DNA of 64,000 nucleotides, taken from Spirochaetia bacterium (lineage in GTDB: Bacteria > Spirochaetota > Spirochaetia > SZUA-6 > Bin103). A model generated the notes under the pieces. That model did not search any database. It was not told where the DNA came from and was given only the letters and a program-made list of their open reading frames with translations. A program made the position numbers and the translations under genes. The first letter of the stretch is position 1. Each line of letters starts with the position of its first letter. Below are positions 38,253 to 47,955 of this stretch, piece after piece. The stretch covers positions 3,072,001 through 3,136,000 of the forward strand of contig OZ241863.1 of the NCBI GenBank assembly GCA_965203055.1. Direction: 5' to 3'.

Positions 38253-39046
38253 GCCGGGGCCGCGGCCGGCGCCGCCGGACCGATCAGGCGGACCTGCGGC
38301 ACTCCGGTGGCGGGATCGCGCTCCACCGCGGCTTCCACGCCGAACACCTCCCGGAACCGCGGCGGCGTGAACACTTCGGCGGGGGCGCCTTCGGCCACCA
38401 CCGCGCCGCGCGCCAGCAGCGTCAGCCGGTCGCAGTAGCGGCTGGCCAGCGCCACGTCGTGCAGCGCCGCCACCGCGGCCGCGCCGCCGGCGGCCTCCGC
38501 CCGCAACGTCTCCATGGCCGCGAGCTGGTGCCGCAGGTCGAGCCCGGCGGCGGGTTCGTCGAGCAGCAGGACCCGCGCCTGCTGGGCCAGCGCGCGGGCC
38601 AGCAGCACCCGCTGCCGCTCGCCGCCGGAGATGCGGTCGAGCTGCCGGTCGGCGAACCGTTCGGTCCCGGTTCGCGCCAGCGCCGCGCGCGCAATCCGCC
38701 GGTCGTCGGCGCCCTCCAGTGCGAACCGGCTCAGGTGCGGGTATCTGCCCATCAGCACCGTTTCCAGCGCCGTGAACGGGTGGGCCGCTTCCTGCTGCGG
38801 CAGATACGCGATCAGCCGCGCGCGTTCCCGCGCCGCCAGCGCGGTCAACGGCGCCGTTCCCAGCCACACCGAACCGGAGTCGGGACGCAGCACGCCGGCC
38901 AGCACCCGCAGCAGGGTGCTCTTGCCGGCGCCGTTCGGCCCGACCAGCCCGGTCACCTGGCCGGGCCGGGCCGCGCACGACACCGCGCGCAGCACCGGTA
39001 CCCCGGCCAGCTTCAGCGACACGCCGCGCGCCGCCAGCACGCTCAC
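38249..39046 (-). CDS. btuD: Cobalamin/siderophore-type ABC ATP-binding protein (BtuD-like)
   Basis: GPNGAGKST, ISGGERQR, LLLDEP, LHD. Operon context. Confidence 0.8.
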   Translation of the reverse strand: MSVLAARGVSLKLAGVPVLRAVSCAARPGQVTGLVGPNGAGKSTLLRVLAGVLRPDSGSVWLGTAPLTALAARERARLIAYLPQQEAAHPFTALETVLMGRYPHLSRFALEGADDRRIARAALARTGTERFADRQLDRISGGERQRVLLARALAQQARVLLLDEPAAGLDLRHQLAAMETLRAEAAGGAAAVAALHDVALASRYCDRLTLLARGAVVAEGAPAEVFTPPRFREVFGVEAAVERDPATGVPQVRLIGPAAPAAAPA

Positions 39047-40068
39047 GACCCCCGGTAGGGCGCGAAGTCGTCGAACGCAACGTCCCGGAACCGATCCGGG
39101 TACAGCAGCCGCGCGGTCTCCTCGATGCCGCGCACGTTCCAGTGGGAGAGCGTGGTGTAGTAGCGTGAGGCGACGATGGTCACCCGTTGGCCGGCGATTG
39201 CCGGCACGCCGGCGAGCGCCCGCTCGCCCAGCAGGTCGGCGCGGAGCTGCGCTCCGCCCGAGTCCGCCGGTTGGGTGATCAGGATCACGTCCGGGTTCAC
39301 GGCGGCGATCGCTTCCACGCTCACCGTCTGATGGCCGACGATGCCGGCGCGCGCCGCCGCGTTGACGCCGCCGGCAGCTTCGATGATGCCGCCCTCGGTG
39401 GAACCGCCGCCCGCGGCGCTGGTGGTGTCCGCGTAACGGGCGATGGAAAGGACCGCCGGCCGCGACCGATCGCCGGGCGGCGGGACCCGCTCCGCGACCA
39501 GCGCCAGCCGCCGCTCGATCTCGGCGACCAGCTCCAGGGCGCGCTCTTCGACGCCGAGCAGGTAGCCGAGCAGCAGGATGTTGGGAATGTTGCCGGCGGT
39601 CGAGTTCTCCAGCGCGGCGCGCGCCACCGGTACGCCGGCCTCCTTGATCAGCGCTGTCAGGTCCGCATCGGTGTAGCGGGAGACCACCACCAGATCCGGG
39701 CGCAGCGCCAGCACCGCCTCGACCTCGGCTCGCGGGAGGGTGGCCATGCCGGCCACCTGATCGGCCACGTTGGAATAGGTGGCGTTGCCGGTGAAGGTGC
39801 CCACGCCGGCAAACCGGTCACGGCCCGCCAGCGCGAGCAGCATCTCGTCGTGGCCCAGCGAGATGGCCAGTATCCGCTGCGGCGGGGCCTCCAGCCGGAC
39901 CCGGCCGGCGGCGGTCTCCACCTCGCGCGGCCAGCCCCGGTTCGCCGCGTCCACGATGCCGGGCACCGCCGGGTAGGAGCCCGCCGTTTCGGCGACCGCG
40001 GCGAGCGCGCCGGCGGCCAGCAGTCCGGCCCCGGCAACCAGCCGTATCACCTTGTTCCAGTTATCCAT
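39043..40068 (-). CDS. btuF: Cobalamin-binding periplasmic protein (BtuF-like)
   Basis: Signal peptide, PQRILAI, EAVLALRPDLV, AGGVN, NPDVI. Operon context. Confidence 0.8.
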   Translation of the reverse strand: MDNWNKVIRLVAGAGLLAAGALAAVAETAGSYPAVPGIVDAANRGWPREVETAAGRVRLEAPPQRILAISLGHDEMLLALAGRDRFAGVGTFTGNATYSNVADQVAGMATLPRAEVEAVLALRPDLVVVSRYTDADLTALIKEAGVPVARAALENSTAGNIPNILLLGYLLGVEERALELVAEIERRLALVAERVPPPGDRSRPAVLSIARYADTTSAAGGGSTEGGIIEAAGGVNAAARAGIVGHQTVSVEAIAAVNPDVILITQPADSGGAQLRADLLGERALAGVPAIAGQRVTIVASRYYTTLSHWNVRGIEETARLLYPDRFRDVAFDDFAPYRGS

Positions 40069-40128
40069 GTCGATATGCCTCCTCCGGAAGTTGCATTTGG
40101 GTTTGTGTGCCTGGTTGGCTCGATTCCT

Positions 40129-41202
40129 CTACAGCAGCCCGGCGCGCGCCTTGTGCCGCGCCAGCAGGAACAGAAAGAACGGCGCTCCGACCAGTGCCGT
40201 GACAATGCCGACGCGCACCTCGGCCGGCGCGATGGCGACCCGCGCGACCGTGTCCGCGGCCAGCAGGAACACTGCCCCGCCGAGCGCGCTCAGCGGGACC
40301 AGCACGCGGTGGTCGGCGCCGGTGATCAGGCGCAGCGCGTGCGGCACGATCAGCCCGACGAACGCAATCGTCCCCGAGAACGCCACCGCGGCGCCGGTGA
40401 TCAGCGACGCGGCGAGCAGCAGCGCGGTTCGGGTCAGCCCCACCCGCACGCCAAGCGCGCGCGCTTCCTCCTCGCCGACCATGAGCAGGTTCAGGTCGCG
40501 CGCCAGCAGCACCGCGACCGCGATACCGGCCAGCACCGGCGGCGCCGCCAGCCGCACGTCCGGCCAGCGCGACGCGTCGAGGCCGCCGGCGAGCCAGAAG
40601 ATCATGGCGCGCTGCGCCCCGAGATCAGCGGTGAAGAGCACGATTGAGGAAATGATCGCGGCGATGAACGTGCTTACCGCCACCCCCGCGAGCAGCAGCG
40701 CCGCCATCGAGAAGCGGCCGCCGGCCGCGGCCACCGCGAACACCAGCGCCAGGGCGCCGGCGGCGCCGGCGAACGCCGCCGCCGGCAGCGCCAGCGGCGA
40801 GGCCGCCGGCGCCCCGGCGGCGATGGCCACCACCGCGCCCAGCGCGCCGCCGGTGGACACGCCGATGATGCCGGGGTCGGCCATCGGGTTGCGGAACAGC
40901 CCCTGCATCACGGCGCCGGCCACGCCGAGGGCGGCGCCGACGGTGAGCGCCAGGACGATGCGCGCCAGCCTGATCGACTCGACGATGGCGCGCTCGGTGT
41001 CGCCGGTTGCCAGCAGCCGCACGCCGACCTGCTCCAGCAGGATGGCGGCGGTGTGGGACAGCGGGATCGGGTAGGGGCCGACCGCGGCCGCGGTCACGAT
41101 CAGGGCGGCGGCGCAGGCGGCCAGCAGCGCGCTGCCGCCCGCCAGCCGCGTAACGACCGGCGACCGCAGCCGCGTTGAATGGTCTGTCTGTCCCCCCGGC
41201 AT
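40129..41202 (-). CDS. btuC: FecCD-family permease (BtuC-like)
   Basis: SD GAAGGAG before ATG 41202. IRLAR, QGLFRNPMADP...G, IAFVGLIVPH, GAPFF. Confidence 0.85.
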   Translation of the reverse strand: MPGGQTDHSTRLRSPVVTRLAGGSALLAACAAALIVTAAAVGPYPIPLSHTAAILLEQVGVRLLATGDTERAIVESIRLARIVLALTVGAALGVAGAVMQGLFRNPMADPGIIGVSTGGALGAVVAIAAGAPAASPLALPAAAFAGAAGALALVFAVAAAGGRFSMAALLLAGVAVSTFIAAIISSIVLFTADLGAQRAMIFWLAGGLDASRWPDVRLAAPPVLAGIAVAVLLARDLNLLMVGEEEARALGVRVGLTRTALLLAASLITGAAVAFSGTIAFVGLIVPHALRLITGADHRVLVPLSALGGAVFLLAADTVARVAIAPAEVRVGIVTALVGAPFFLFLLARHKARAGLL

Positions 41203-41299
41203 CGGCGCTCCTTCGCGGCTCTCTGCGCGGGTAGAGGAACGCCATCGAGGAGGCTCGATCTGAGGCGCTCCCTGAAGCGGAGAGCGGCCACTCAGCCTG

Positions 41300-41460
41300 T
41301 GCCCGGCAGGTCTCCTGGCTCCCGGCTCAACGCCTGCCCCGCGCCTTCCCATCCCTGGAGGACAGTGGCATTCGGCGGGCGGCTGACCGGTCACAGTGGC
41401 GCCACCGCAGCGGATTCGCACCGCTTTCCCTGTTCGGCTTCGTCCCCGAAGCACCGGGCA
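41300..41460 (-). ncRNA. Cobalamin riboswitch
   Basis: Minus strand GGT...AACAGGGAAAGCGGTGCGAATCCGCTGCGGTGGCGCCACTGTG...GCCACTG...GGGAAGG...AGCCAGGAGACCTGCC. P1 tgcccgg/ccgggca. Lies upstream of the btu/cob genes. Confidence 0.95.
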
Positions 41461-41491
41461 AGGTCTGCCTTTAGTGACTTGTTCGGCGCCC

Positions 41492-41520
41492 AACCTACGA
41501 CTTGGCCGCCCCGGTGTCAA
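41492..41520 (-). promoter_or_regulatory. Sigma70 promoter of the riboswitch-btu-cob operon
   Basis: TTGACA (41520-15), 17-nt spacer, TAGGTT (41497-92). Confidence 0.7.
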
Positions 41521-41587
41521 CGCCTGCCCCCGTCGGCGCAGGTAGACCGCTAGCCCGGTCGCTGTCCATGTGCTACGATGCTGAAAG

Positions 41588-42670
41588 ATGGCACCCGTAC
41601 GCGAGACGCGCTCCAGGTACGATGAGCAGTACAAGCGGCTGTTCGCCTTCCCGCCCATGGTCGAGGACTTGGTACGCGCCTTCGTCAGTCAACTCGACGC
41701 CGCCGACTTCTCGACGCTGCAGAAGCTGTCGTCAGATTACGTCAGCGACGAACTGCTCAAACGCCACGGCGACACCGTTTGGCGGCTGCGCCTGCCCGGC
41801 GGTTGGGCATACCTGCTGCTGCTCCTGGAGTTCCAGTCGCGCGACGAGTACTACATGGCGCTGCGCATCCTGATCTACACCGGCATGCTGTACCAGGAAC
41901 TGGTGCGCAACGCGGCGCCGGAGCAACGCCAACCACTGCCGGCGGTGCTGCCCATCGTACTCTACAACGGCACGCCGCGGTGGCGGGCGCCGCAGCAGAT
42001 CGGCGAACTGATCGCGCCGGTCGAGGCGGGGCTGGCGCCGTACCAACCAGCGCAGCGTTACTTGGTGATCGAGGAGCAGCACGTAGCGGTGGACACTGTG
42101 CCGGGCGACAATCTGATGGGAACGGTGCTCGGGTTGGAACAGAGCCGCACGGAGGCGGACCTGATACGGGTCGCGAACGCGTTGCCGGAGCGGCTGGATG
42201 GGCCTGAGAACGTCGAGTTGCGCAGGGTGTTCATCGACTGGATAACGAGTTCGATGGAGCAGGTCAGGCCGGCCGGTGAGAAGCTGCCGGCGATGAACAG
42301 TGTGAAGGAGGTAAGAATGACGGTGCAAGAACGCTTGCGGGAGTGGCCCGCGCAGTGGATGCGGAAAGGTCGCGAACAGGGCCTCGAGCAAGGCCGCAAG
42401 CAGGGGCTTGAGCAGGGGCTTGAGCAGGGCCGCGAGCAGGGCCGCGAGCAGGGCCGTGAGCAAGGCCTTGAGCGGGGGCTTGAACACGAACGGGCGCTGC
42501 TCTGCCGGATGACGGCGTTGCGGTTCGGGGCAGAGACAAGCGAGCGTTTGGCGGCTCTGTTGGCCAACATCGCGGACCCGGATCAACTGGCCGATATCGG
42601 CGACCGGCTGGTGCAATGCCGCGCGGACGACGAATTTCTAGCGCAAGTAGCGCTGGTCACTCGGTCGTGA
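41588..42670 (+). CDS. Rpn/YhgA-like PD-(D/E)XK nuclease (Rpn long form)
   Basis: YD..YKRLF, DFSTL, GDTVW, LLEFQS, MALR, PIVLYNG...W, C-terminal GxEQ repeats and RFG. Confidence 0.9.
   Translation: MAPVRETRSRYDEQYKRLFAFPPMVEDLVRAFVSQLDAADFSTLQKLSSDYVSDELLKRHGDTVWRLRLPGGWAYLLLLLEFQSRDEYYMALRILIYTGMLYQELVRNAAPEQRQPLPAVLPIVLYNGTPRWRAPQQIGELIAPVEAGLAPYQPAQRYLVIEEQHVAVDTVPGDNLMGTVLGLEQSRTEADLIRVANALPERLDGPENVELRRVFIDWITSSMEQVRPAGEKLPAMNSVKEVRMTVQERLREWPAQWMRKGREQGLEQGRKQGLEQGLEQGREQGREQGREQGLERGLEHERALLCRMTALRFGAETSERLAALLANIADPDQLADIGDRLVQCRADDEFLAQVALVTRS
42317..42670 (+). CDS. Predicted intragenic small Rpn protein (RpnS-like antitoxin), 117 aa
   Basis: In-frame ATG at 42317 preceded by AAGGAGGT at 42305-42312. 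Confidence 0.7.
   Translation: MTVQERLREWPAQWMRKGREQGLEQGRKQGLEQGLEQGREQGREQGREQGLERGLEHERALLCRMTALRFGAETSERLAALLANIADPDQLADIGDRLVQCRADDEFLAQVALVTRS
42368..42487 (+). repeat. Ten 12-bp tandem repeats encoding G(R/L)EQ-like tetrapeptides
   Basis: GREQ GLEQ GRKQ GLEQ GLEQ GREQ GREQ GREQ GLER GLEH. Confidence 0.92.
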
Positions 42671-42798
42671 CGGCAGCGCAGCACGGGGATCCGAGTTCGG
42701 CTGCGGGCGGCCGTGTGGAGAATCGAGCCGGTTCCGCTGACGGTCACGCTGCAGCGCCGCGGCTCTCTCGTGGTCGCCGTGCCACAGCTAGCGCATAG

Positions 42799-44142
42799 CT
42801 ACCGGAACGCGTCGAGGCGGGCGCGCAGGCGCTGCAGGCGGGCGGCGTAGGCCGGGTCGTCGATCAGGTTGCGCGTCTCCCCGGGGTCGGCGGCCAAGTC
42901 GAAGAGTTGCTCCGGCCAGTCTCGGCCCCGGAAGCGGAAGTACTTCAGGTGGTCCTGCTTCACCATCTCGGAGGGGCCGTTGAGCTCGTGGTACAGCTCG
43001 CAGTAGACCTCGTTGGGCCAGCCTGCGGCGTCGCCCTCCATGAGCGGCACCAGCGAGCGACCGTCCAGACCTTCGGGTACCGGGATGCCGGCGATCTCGC
43101 ACAGGGTCGGAAACAGGTCGACCAGCGAGACGTTGTGGCCGACGGTTCGCGCGCCGCCGGTGAAGCGCCGCGGCGCGGTAATGCTGAACGGCACGCGCGC
43201 CGAGCCCTCGAAGAACTGCTGCTTCTCCCATAGCCCCTTCTGGCCGAGCATCTCGCCGTGGTCGCTCAGGAATACGATCACGAAGTCGTCGAGCACGTTC
43301 AGCTCGTCCAGCTTGGCGATCACCCGGCCGTACTGGCGGTCCACCCACTCGATCATGCCGTAGTAGGCGGCGGTGGCGCGGTGCGCCTCGCGCCAGGTCA
43401 CGTCGGTGCCCACCCGCACCTTGAAGAAGTCAGCGCAGTCGAACCGCTCCGGCAGCTCCTCGACGTAGGGTTCGACGCGCCGCAGGTAGTAGCTGAACAG
43501 CTCCTCCGGGCACTGATAGGGATAGTGCGGGCTGTTCAGGCTGACCGCGAGCAGCAGCGGGCCTTCGCCGGGGCGGTCGTAGGGCTCGCCGACGAAGTAC
43601 TCATCCAGGTACAGGAGCGCGCCCTCGACGGTGTAGAGATCTTGTTGCATGTGGTGGCCCTTGCCGGCCCGGGCGTTGGTGATCTCCTTTGCCGTCGGCC
43701 ACTTTCCCGTGCCGGGCACGTGCGGGCGGCCGGCGCGCAGGCGTGTTTCCCCGGTACGCGGCAGGCCCATGTTCACCGCGACGTCGCGCCCGATGCGCTC
43801 CCGCCAGCCATGCATCTGGTCGTACCCGAGAAAGTGCATCTTGCCGGCGCAGGTGGGGTTGTATCCGTAGTTGGCGAAGTGCGCGGGTATGGTGAGCACC
43901 TCGCTCGGCAGCGGCGTATCGAACCCGGTGCAGCCGTTGTGGCGCGGATAGAGGCCGGTGAGGAAGCTCTGCCGCGCCGGCACGCACACCGGCGCCGGCG
44001 TATACGCGGACCGGAAGTAGGTGCCCTGCCCGATGATCCGATCCAGGGTGGGCATGCGGATGTGTGGGTTGTCCTCGACCGCCATCACGTCGGGCCGATG
44101 CTCATCGTCGATGAGCAGTAGAACGTGCGGTTTCTCGCTCAT
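42799..44142 (-). CDS. Formylglycine-dependent sulfatase (choline-sulfatase-like)
   Basis: DDEHR, CVPARQSFLTG (CxPxR), GKMH, PHYP, SDHGEMLG, LFDL..DP.E. Confidence 0.92.
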   Translation of the reverse strand: MSEKPHVLLLIDDEHRPDVMAVEDNPHIRMPTLDRIIGQGTYFRSAYTPAPVCVPARQSFLTGLYPRHNGCTGFDTPLPSEVLTIPAHFANYGYNPTCAGKMHFLGYDQMHGWRERIGRDVAVNMGLPRTGETRLRAGRPHVPGTGKWPTAKEITNARAGKGHHMQQDLYTVEGALLYLDEYFVGEPYDRPGEGPLLLAVSLNSPHYPYQCPEELFSYYLRRVEPYVEELPERFDCADFFKVRVGTDVTWREAHRATAAYYGMIEWVDRQYGRVIAKLDELNVLDDFVIVFLSDHGEMLGQKGLWEKQQFFEGSARVPFSITAPRRFTGGARTVGHNVSLVDLFPTLCEIAGIPVPEGLDGRSLVPLMEGDAAGWPNEVYCELYHELNGPSEMVKQDHLKYFRFRGRDWPEQLFDLAADPGETRNLIDDPAYAARLQRLRARLDAFR

Positions 44143-44153
44143 TGATCCCCAGT

Positions 44154-44636
44154 TCAGAACATGGTAGGACCTTCGGCGGTCTGCTCCGGAATTGCCTGCT
44201 GGACCTCCCAGTGTTCGACTACGCGACCGTCTTGCAGGCGATAGATCTCGATCAGCGCCAAGCCGACCAACTCATTGCCGCGCTCGCCGGTCGGATTGAT
44301 CTGGGCATGGACCCAGACCAGATCATCTTCTGCGGCCATGCGCTTGATCTCCCAGATGGCCTGCGGGAACTGGTCGAAATTGCCTTGAAACGTCTTCTTC
44401 AGCGTCGCCACTCCGCCGGCCAGCGATGGGCTGTGCTCGGTGTAATCCGGCGCATAGATGGCATCCAGTACCTCCAGGTCGCGGCCGTTGAGAGCCTCAT
44501 CGTATAGGCGCACGATGATGGCCTTGTTGGCGTCGGTGGCGGGCGATGCGGGCACCGGCAACGGATTCGCCAGGTGCAGGATGGCGAAGACGAGGGCTCC
44601 GACTACCGGTATCCATCGCCTCGGGTAGAGCTTCAT
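44154..44636 (-). CDS. Secreted SnoaL/NTF2-like protein
   Basis: Signal peptide, NKAII..LY, DYTEH, AEDDLV, IYRLQDGRVVEHW. SD GGAGGAGG. Confidence 0.85.
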   Translation of the reverse strand: MKLYPRRWIPVVGALVFAILHLANPLPVPASPATDANKAIIVRLYDEALNGRDLEVLDAIYAPDYTEHSPSLAGGVATLKKTFQGNFDQFPQAIWEIKRMAAEDDLVWVHAQINPTGERGNELVGLALIEIYRLQDGRVVEHWEVQQAIPEQTAEGPTMF

Positions 44637-44885
44637 CGAATCATCCTCCTCCAGTTCGGAACAGCATAGCCGATCCCCTCCTGATCGTCTATAGTCCAGG
44701 CGGACGATAGCAAATGAATGCCAAGGTGTGGATGTGAGGCAACAGCCTCGCTTTACGAATTCCGAAGGCGCTTGCCGCGGAGGCCAACGTCGTGGAAGGG
44801 ACTACACGAGGAGACAGGGACCGGGCCAGGCGTCGGACGCGAGACTTGGTAAGCGGCACCTTGGGTGCCCGAAGGAGGACTTCGT

Positions 44886-45620
44886 ATGGTTCCGAATCAG
44901 ATTTTGCAGCGGATGAGCCGCGGCGAGAAGGCGCTGGGATTGTCGCTCACCGAGCCGTCAGGGCTGCTGGTGGAGCTGGCCGGCCGCTGCGGGCTCGACT
45001 TCGTGAGCTTCGACGCTCAGCACACGCCGTTGACTCCGGCCGAGATCGGCGAGATGTGCCGCCTTGCCGACGCCTATGAAATGACGGTCTCCATGCGCAT
45101 TCCGGACGGCGCCGAGAGCACCATCCTCAGCTTTCTGGACCGCGGCGTGCGCGTGATCACGGTCCCCAACCTTCTCACCGCGGAGCAGGCTGAAGAACTG
45201 GTCAAGTACAGCTTCTTCGCTCCCCTCGGGCTGCGCAGCGCCACCAGCATCGCCACCATGCATGGCCAGGTGGACGGCGATCACGTGCGCCTGTTCCGGG
45301 AGGTCAACGCCAATACGGTGATCGTGCCGCAACTGGAGAGCATCGTCGCCCTGGAGAACCTCGATGAGATTCTCGCGGTAGCCGGCATCGATTTCTTCGG
45401 CGCCGGGGCCGAGGACATGGCGCAGAGTCTGGGCCTGCCCGGCCAGCCCCAACATCCGCGCGTGGCGGAGACCTACGCCAGGATCAGGGAGAAGCTGCAT
45501 GCGGCCGGCAAGCGGATGCTCTCCGAAGTGAGCGCCGGCATCTCCGCGTTTGATCTCACCAAGGAGGCAATCGCCGAGCTGTTGCGCGAGCATGGCCGGC
45601 GCACCCGGCTCGGCTGGTAA
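44886..45620 (+). CDS. HpcH/HpaI aldolase family protein
   Basis: SD AAGGAGG, GLDFVSFDAQH, LDRG, P.G.RS, QLES..ALENLDEIL, DMAQSLG. Confidence 0.9.
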   Translation: MVPNQILQRMSRGEKALGLSLTEPSGLLVELAGRCGLDFVSFDAQHTPLTPAEIGEMCRLADAYEMTVSMRIPDGAESTILSFLDRGVRVITVPNLLTAEQAEELVKYSFFAPLGLRSATSIATMHGQVDGDHVRLFREVNANTVIVPQLESIVALENLDEILAVAGIDFFGAGAEDMAQSLGLPGQPQHPRVAETYARIREKLHAAGKRMLSEVSAGISAFDLTKEAIAELLREHGRRTRLGW

Positions 45621-45670
45621 AGCGCGCGTCAGCGCCTCGGCCAGTGGCGCGAGCGCTTGGCGCAGCTAGC

Positions 45671-47227
45671 CTAGCGCCGGCGCCACCAGACGATGGCCGC
45701 GGCCACCACCAGGAGCAGGGGCAGCAGCCCGACGCTGGACAGGTTGAGGAACCGCGCCTCCTCCGGACTCAGCACCAGGCGCCGCACCGGCAGCACCTTG
45801 CGGTCGACCGAGAAGATCTCCTCGCCGGCGCCCAGCCAGTTGACCATGGTCAGGAACAGGGCGCTGTTGTTGCCGTTGCGGAAGTGCTGGTTGGTGGCGA
45901 AGTCGGAATCGCCGACCAGCACCAGCCGGCTGGTATCCGAGCGCACCGGGACTTCCGCATCGGGAGCCGCGGGGCGCTGCACCGCCACCGCCAGCGCCAG
46001 CGGCCCCCGGGCGTCGGCGTCAGGGTCGAACTCCGGGGCCGCGGCCCCCAGGCGGGAACGCTCCACCCAGCTCCCCCTGCTGGTCCAGGCCAGCGGCTCC
46101 AGCTTTGCCTCTTCAGGCACCTCGGTGGCCGGCGAGATCGCCGCCGCGCCGGGGAAATATGCCTCGCGCAGCCCGTATGCGTTGCGCGCGCGGTCGACCA
46201 GCGGGACGTCGACGTTGGGCGCGACGTGGGCCGGCGGGTCCACCAGGATGCCCTCCTCGATGGTCAACCACCAGTCGCCGGCGAAGTCCCGGAACTCCTG
46301 CTGCGGGTTCGGGTTGAGGAGCAGCGCCAGGCGCCCGCCGGCGCGCAGGTAGCGGCCGAGCAGCTCAATTTCGTCCGGCGCGTAGGGTGCCTGGGGACCG
46401 GCGACGATGACGACGTTGGCGTTGGGCGGAATGTCGTCGACCTGGTCGAGATTCAGCTCGCCGATCTGAAACAGGTTGTCGCGCAGGCCGCGGCGGGCGC
46501 TCTCGTATTCGCCGAGGATGCTGCCCTCGCCGTGGCCGGTCAGGAAGTAGATCACGCGCTGGCGGGTGCCGGTCACCTGCAGCAGGGCGCTGGTGAAGGC
46601 GCTCTCCGCCTCCCCCTGAATCTGCGGCCCGTAGACGTTCATCTGGCCGAATTCGCCGCGAAAGACGACCGTGCCCACCGCGGCGCCGAACGGGTTCACC
46701 CCGTACTGGCGCGCCAGGTCGGGGCGCAGCTCGGGATCCTCGCGCCGGATCCGCAGCCGGTCGGAATAGGTCTCATACTCCTTCAGCAGCTCGAACCCGA
46801 AGGAGTTGACGGCGGCGATTTCCGCGCTGTTCTCCATGTTCGGATTCGGCTCCGCGAAGAAGCTCACCACCTCGACTTCGCTGTCGAGCTCGGCGAGGAC
46901 CTCCTTGGTCTGGGTCGTGAGGGTGAACTGCTGCAGCCCGGTAAAGTCGAAGCGGTGGAACAGGGTGGAGCTCACGAGATTCGCCAGCACCACGGTGCCG
47001 ATGGCCAGCGAGAGGCTGACCGAGGCGCCGATTCCGATTACCCCGCGCCGGCTGGCCAGCGCGCCGCGCACCCGCCGCAGGTCCCATAGCGCGGCGGCGG
47101 CGACGAAGCCGGCGCCGACCGCGACGATGGCCCAGACCGCGATGCCGCTGCCGGGCAGGACGAAGTTCAATACCCAGGCGGCGAACAGCAGGCCGACGCC
47201 GATGAGCGCCAGGAGTCCGGTCCGCAT
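45671..47227 (-). CDS. GldG-like ABC auxiliary component
   Basis: N-terminal TMs, DFT...FTL, YFLTGHGE, AGP, VGDSDF, C-terminal TM WWRRR. TGATG overlap with the permease. Confidence 0.88.
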   Translation of the reverse strand: MRTGLLALIGVGLLFAAWVLNFVLPGSGIAVWAIVAVGAGFVAAAALWDLRRVRGALASRRGVIGIGASVSLSLAIGTVVLANLVSSTLFHRFDFTGLQQFTLTTQTKEVLAELDSEVEVVSFFAEPNPNMENSAEIAAVNSFGFELLKEYETYSDRLRIRREDPELRPDLARQYGVNPFGAAVGTVVFRGEFGQMNVYGPQIQGEAESAFTSALLQVTGTRQRVIYFLTGHGEGSILGEYESARRGLRDNLFQIGELNLDQVDDIPPNANVVIVAGPQAPYAPDEIELLGRYLRAGGRLALLLNPNPQQEFRDFAGDWWLTIEEGILVDPPAHVAPNVDVPLVDRARNAYGLREAYFPGAAAISPATEVPEEAKLEPLAWTSRGSWVERSRLGAAAPEFDPDADARGPLALAVAVQRPAAPDAEVPVRSDTSRLVLVGDSDFATNQHFRNGNNSALFLTMVNWLGAGEEIFSVDRKVLPVRRLVLSPEEARFLNLSSVGLLPLLLVVAAAIVWWRRR

Positions 47228-47955
47228 CAGCGCCACCTGCCGGTTTCGATCGAGCGCACCGCCATGAACAGGAACAGCAGCGTCAAGCTCAGGTAGTAGA
47301 CGATCGCCTGCGTGTCGATGACGCCGCGCACGAAGTCGGGGAAGTAGCCGGCGAAGGCGAGGCGGCGCAGCACCTCCGCGGCCGCGCCGGACATCAGGTC
47401 GGCGACCAGCCCCACGGCCCAGAGGCCGAACAGGATGCCGGCGGAGACGACCACCGACACGATCTGGTTCGAGGTGACCGACGACACGAAGATGCCGACC
47501 GCCAGCGCGGCGCTGCCCATCAGCGCCAGCCCGACGTAGGCGGTCGCGATCGGCCCGAGGTCGGGATCGCCGAAGATGATCAGCAGCAGCGGATAGTAGA
47601 GCGTCAGCACCAGCATGCCGCCGAGAATCGCCAGGCTGCCCAGGAACTTGCCGGCGACGATCTCGCTGTCGCGGACCGGCGCGGTAAGCAGGAACTCCCA
47701 GGTCCCCAGCTTCTTCTCCTCGGCCACCAGCCGCATGGTGATGAAGGCGGCGAACAGCAGGATGAGGAACTGCGCGGCGTTGAGGAAGCCGCCGATGCTG
47801 GTGTCGGCGTAGTTCTGCGCGGCCAGCACGCTGGCGAAGAAGAAGCCCGACAGCCCCAGGAACACCGCGGTAACGATATAGGCGATCGGGGAGGTCAGGT
47901 AGGAGGAAAGCTCCTTGCGGGAGATGACGCCGACGTTGCGCAGGAAGAGTCTCAT
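47227..47955 (-). CDS. ABC-2 permease (GldF-like)
   Basis: KELSSYLTSPIAY, MRLVAEEKKLGTWEFLLTAP, GKF, SNQIV. Confidence 0.9.
   Translation of the reverse strand: MRLFLRNVGVISRKELSSYLTSPIAYIVTAVFLGLSGFFFASVLAAQNYADTSIGGFLNAAQFLILLFAAFITMRLVAEEKKLGTWEFLLTAPVRDSEIVAGKFLGSLAILGGMLVLTLYYPLLLIIFGDPDLGPIATAYVGLALMGSAALAVGIFVSSVTSNQIVSVVVSAGILFGLWAVGLVADLMSGAAAEVLRRLAFAGYFPDFVRGVIDTQAIVYYLSLTLLFLFMAVRSIETGRWR

Noticed and set aside
37179..39080. Apparent N-terminal extensions of cobT, cobU, btuC, 3449-5053, 11026-13131, 13693-15645 and 55119-56792
   Set aside because: The extensions overlap neighbouring genes or the riboswitch. Downstream starts have an SD or stop-start overlap.
42368..42487. Tandem repeats (also 16564-16671 and 18334-18456) as a CRISPR array
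   Set aside because: They are in-frame coding repeats with no unique spacers, and there are no cas genes.
41588..42670. Rpn as an IS transposase
   Set aside because: No DDE or HUH motifs, terminal inverted repeats or target duplication. The family is a PD-(D/E)XK nuclease.
44637..44885. Possible structured RNA upstream of the aldolase (ccaaggtg...caccttgg)
   Set aside because: Only an 8-bp long-range match and no known riboswitch consensus. It cannot be supported without a covariance search.
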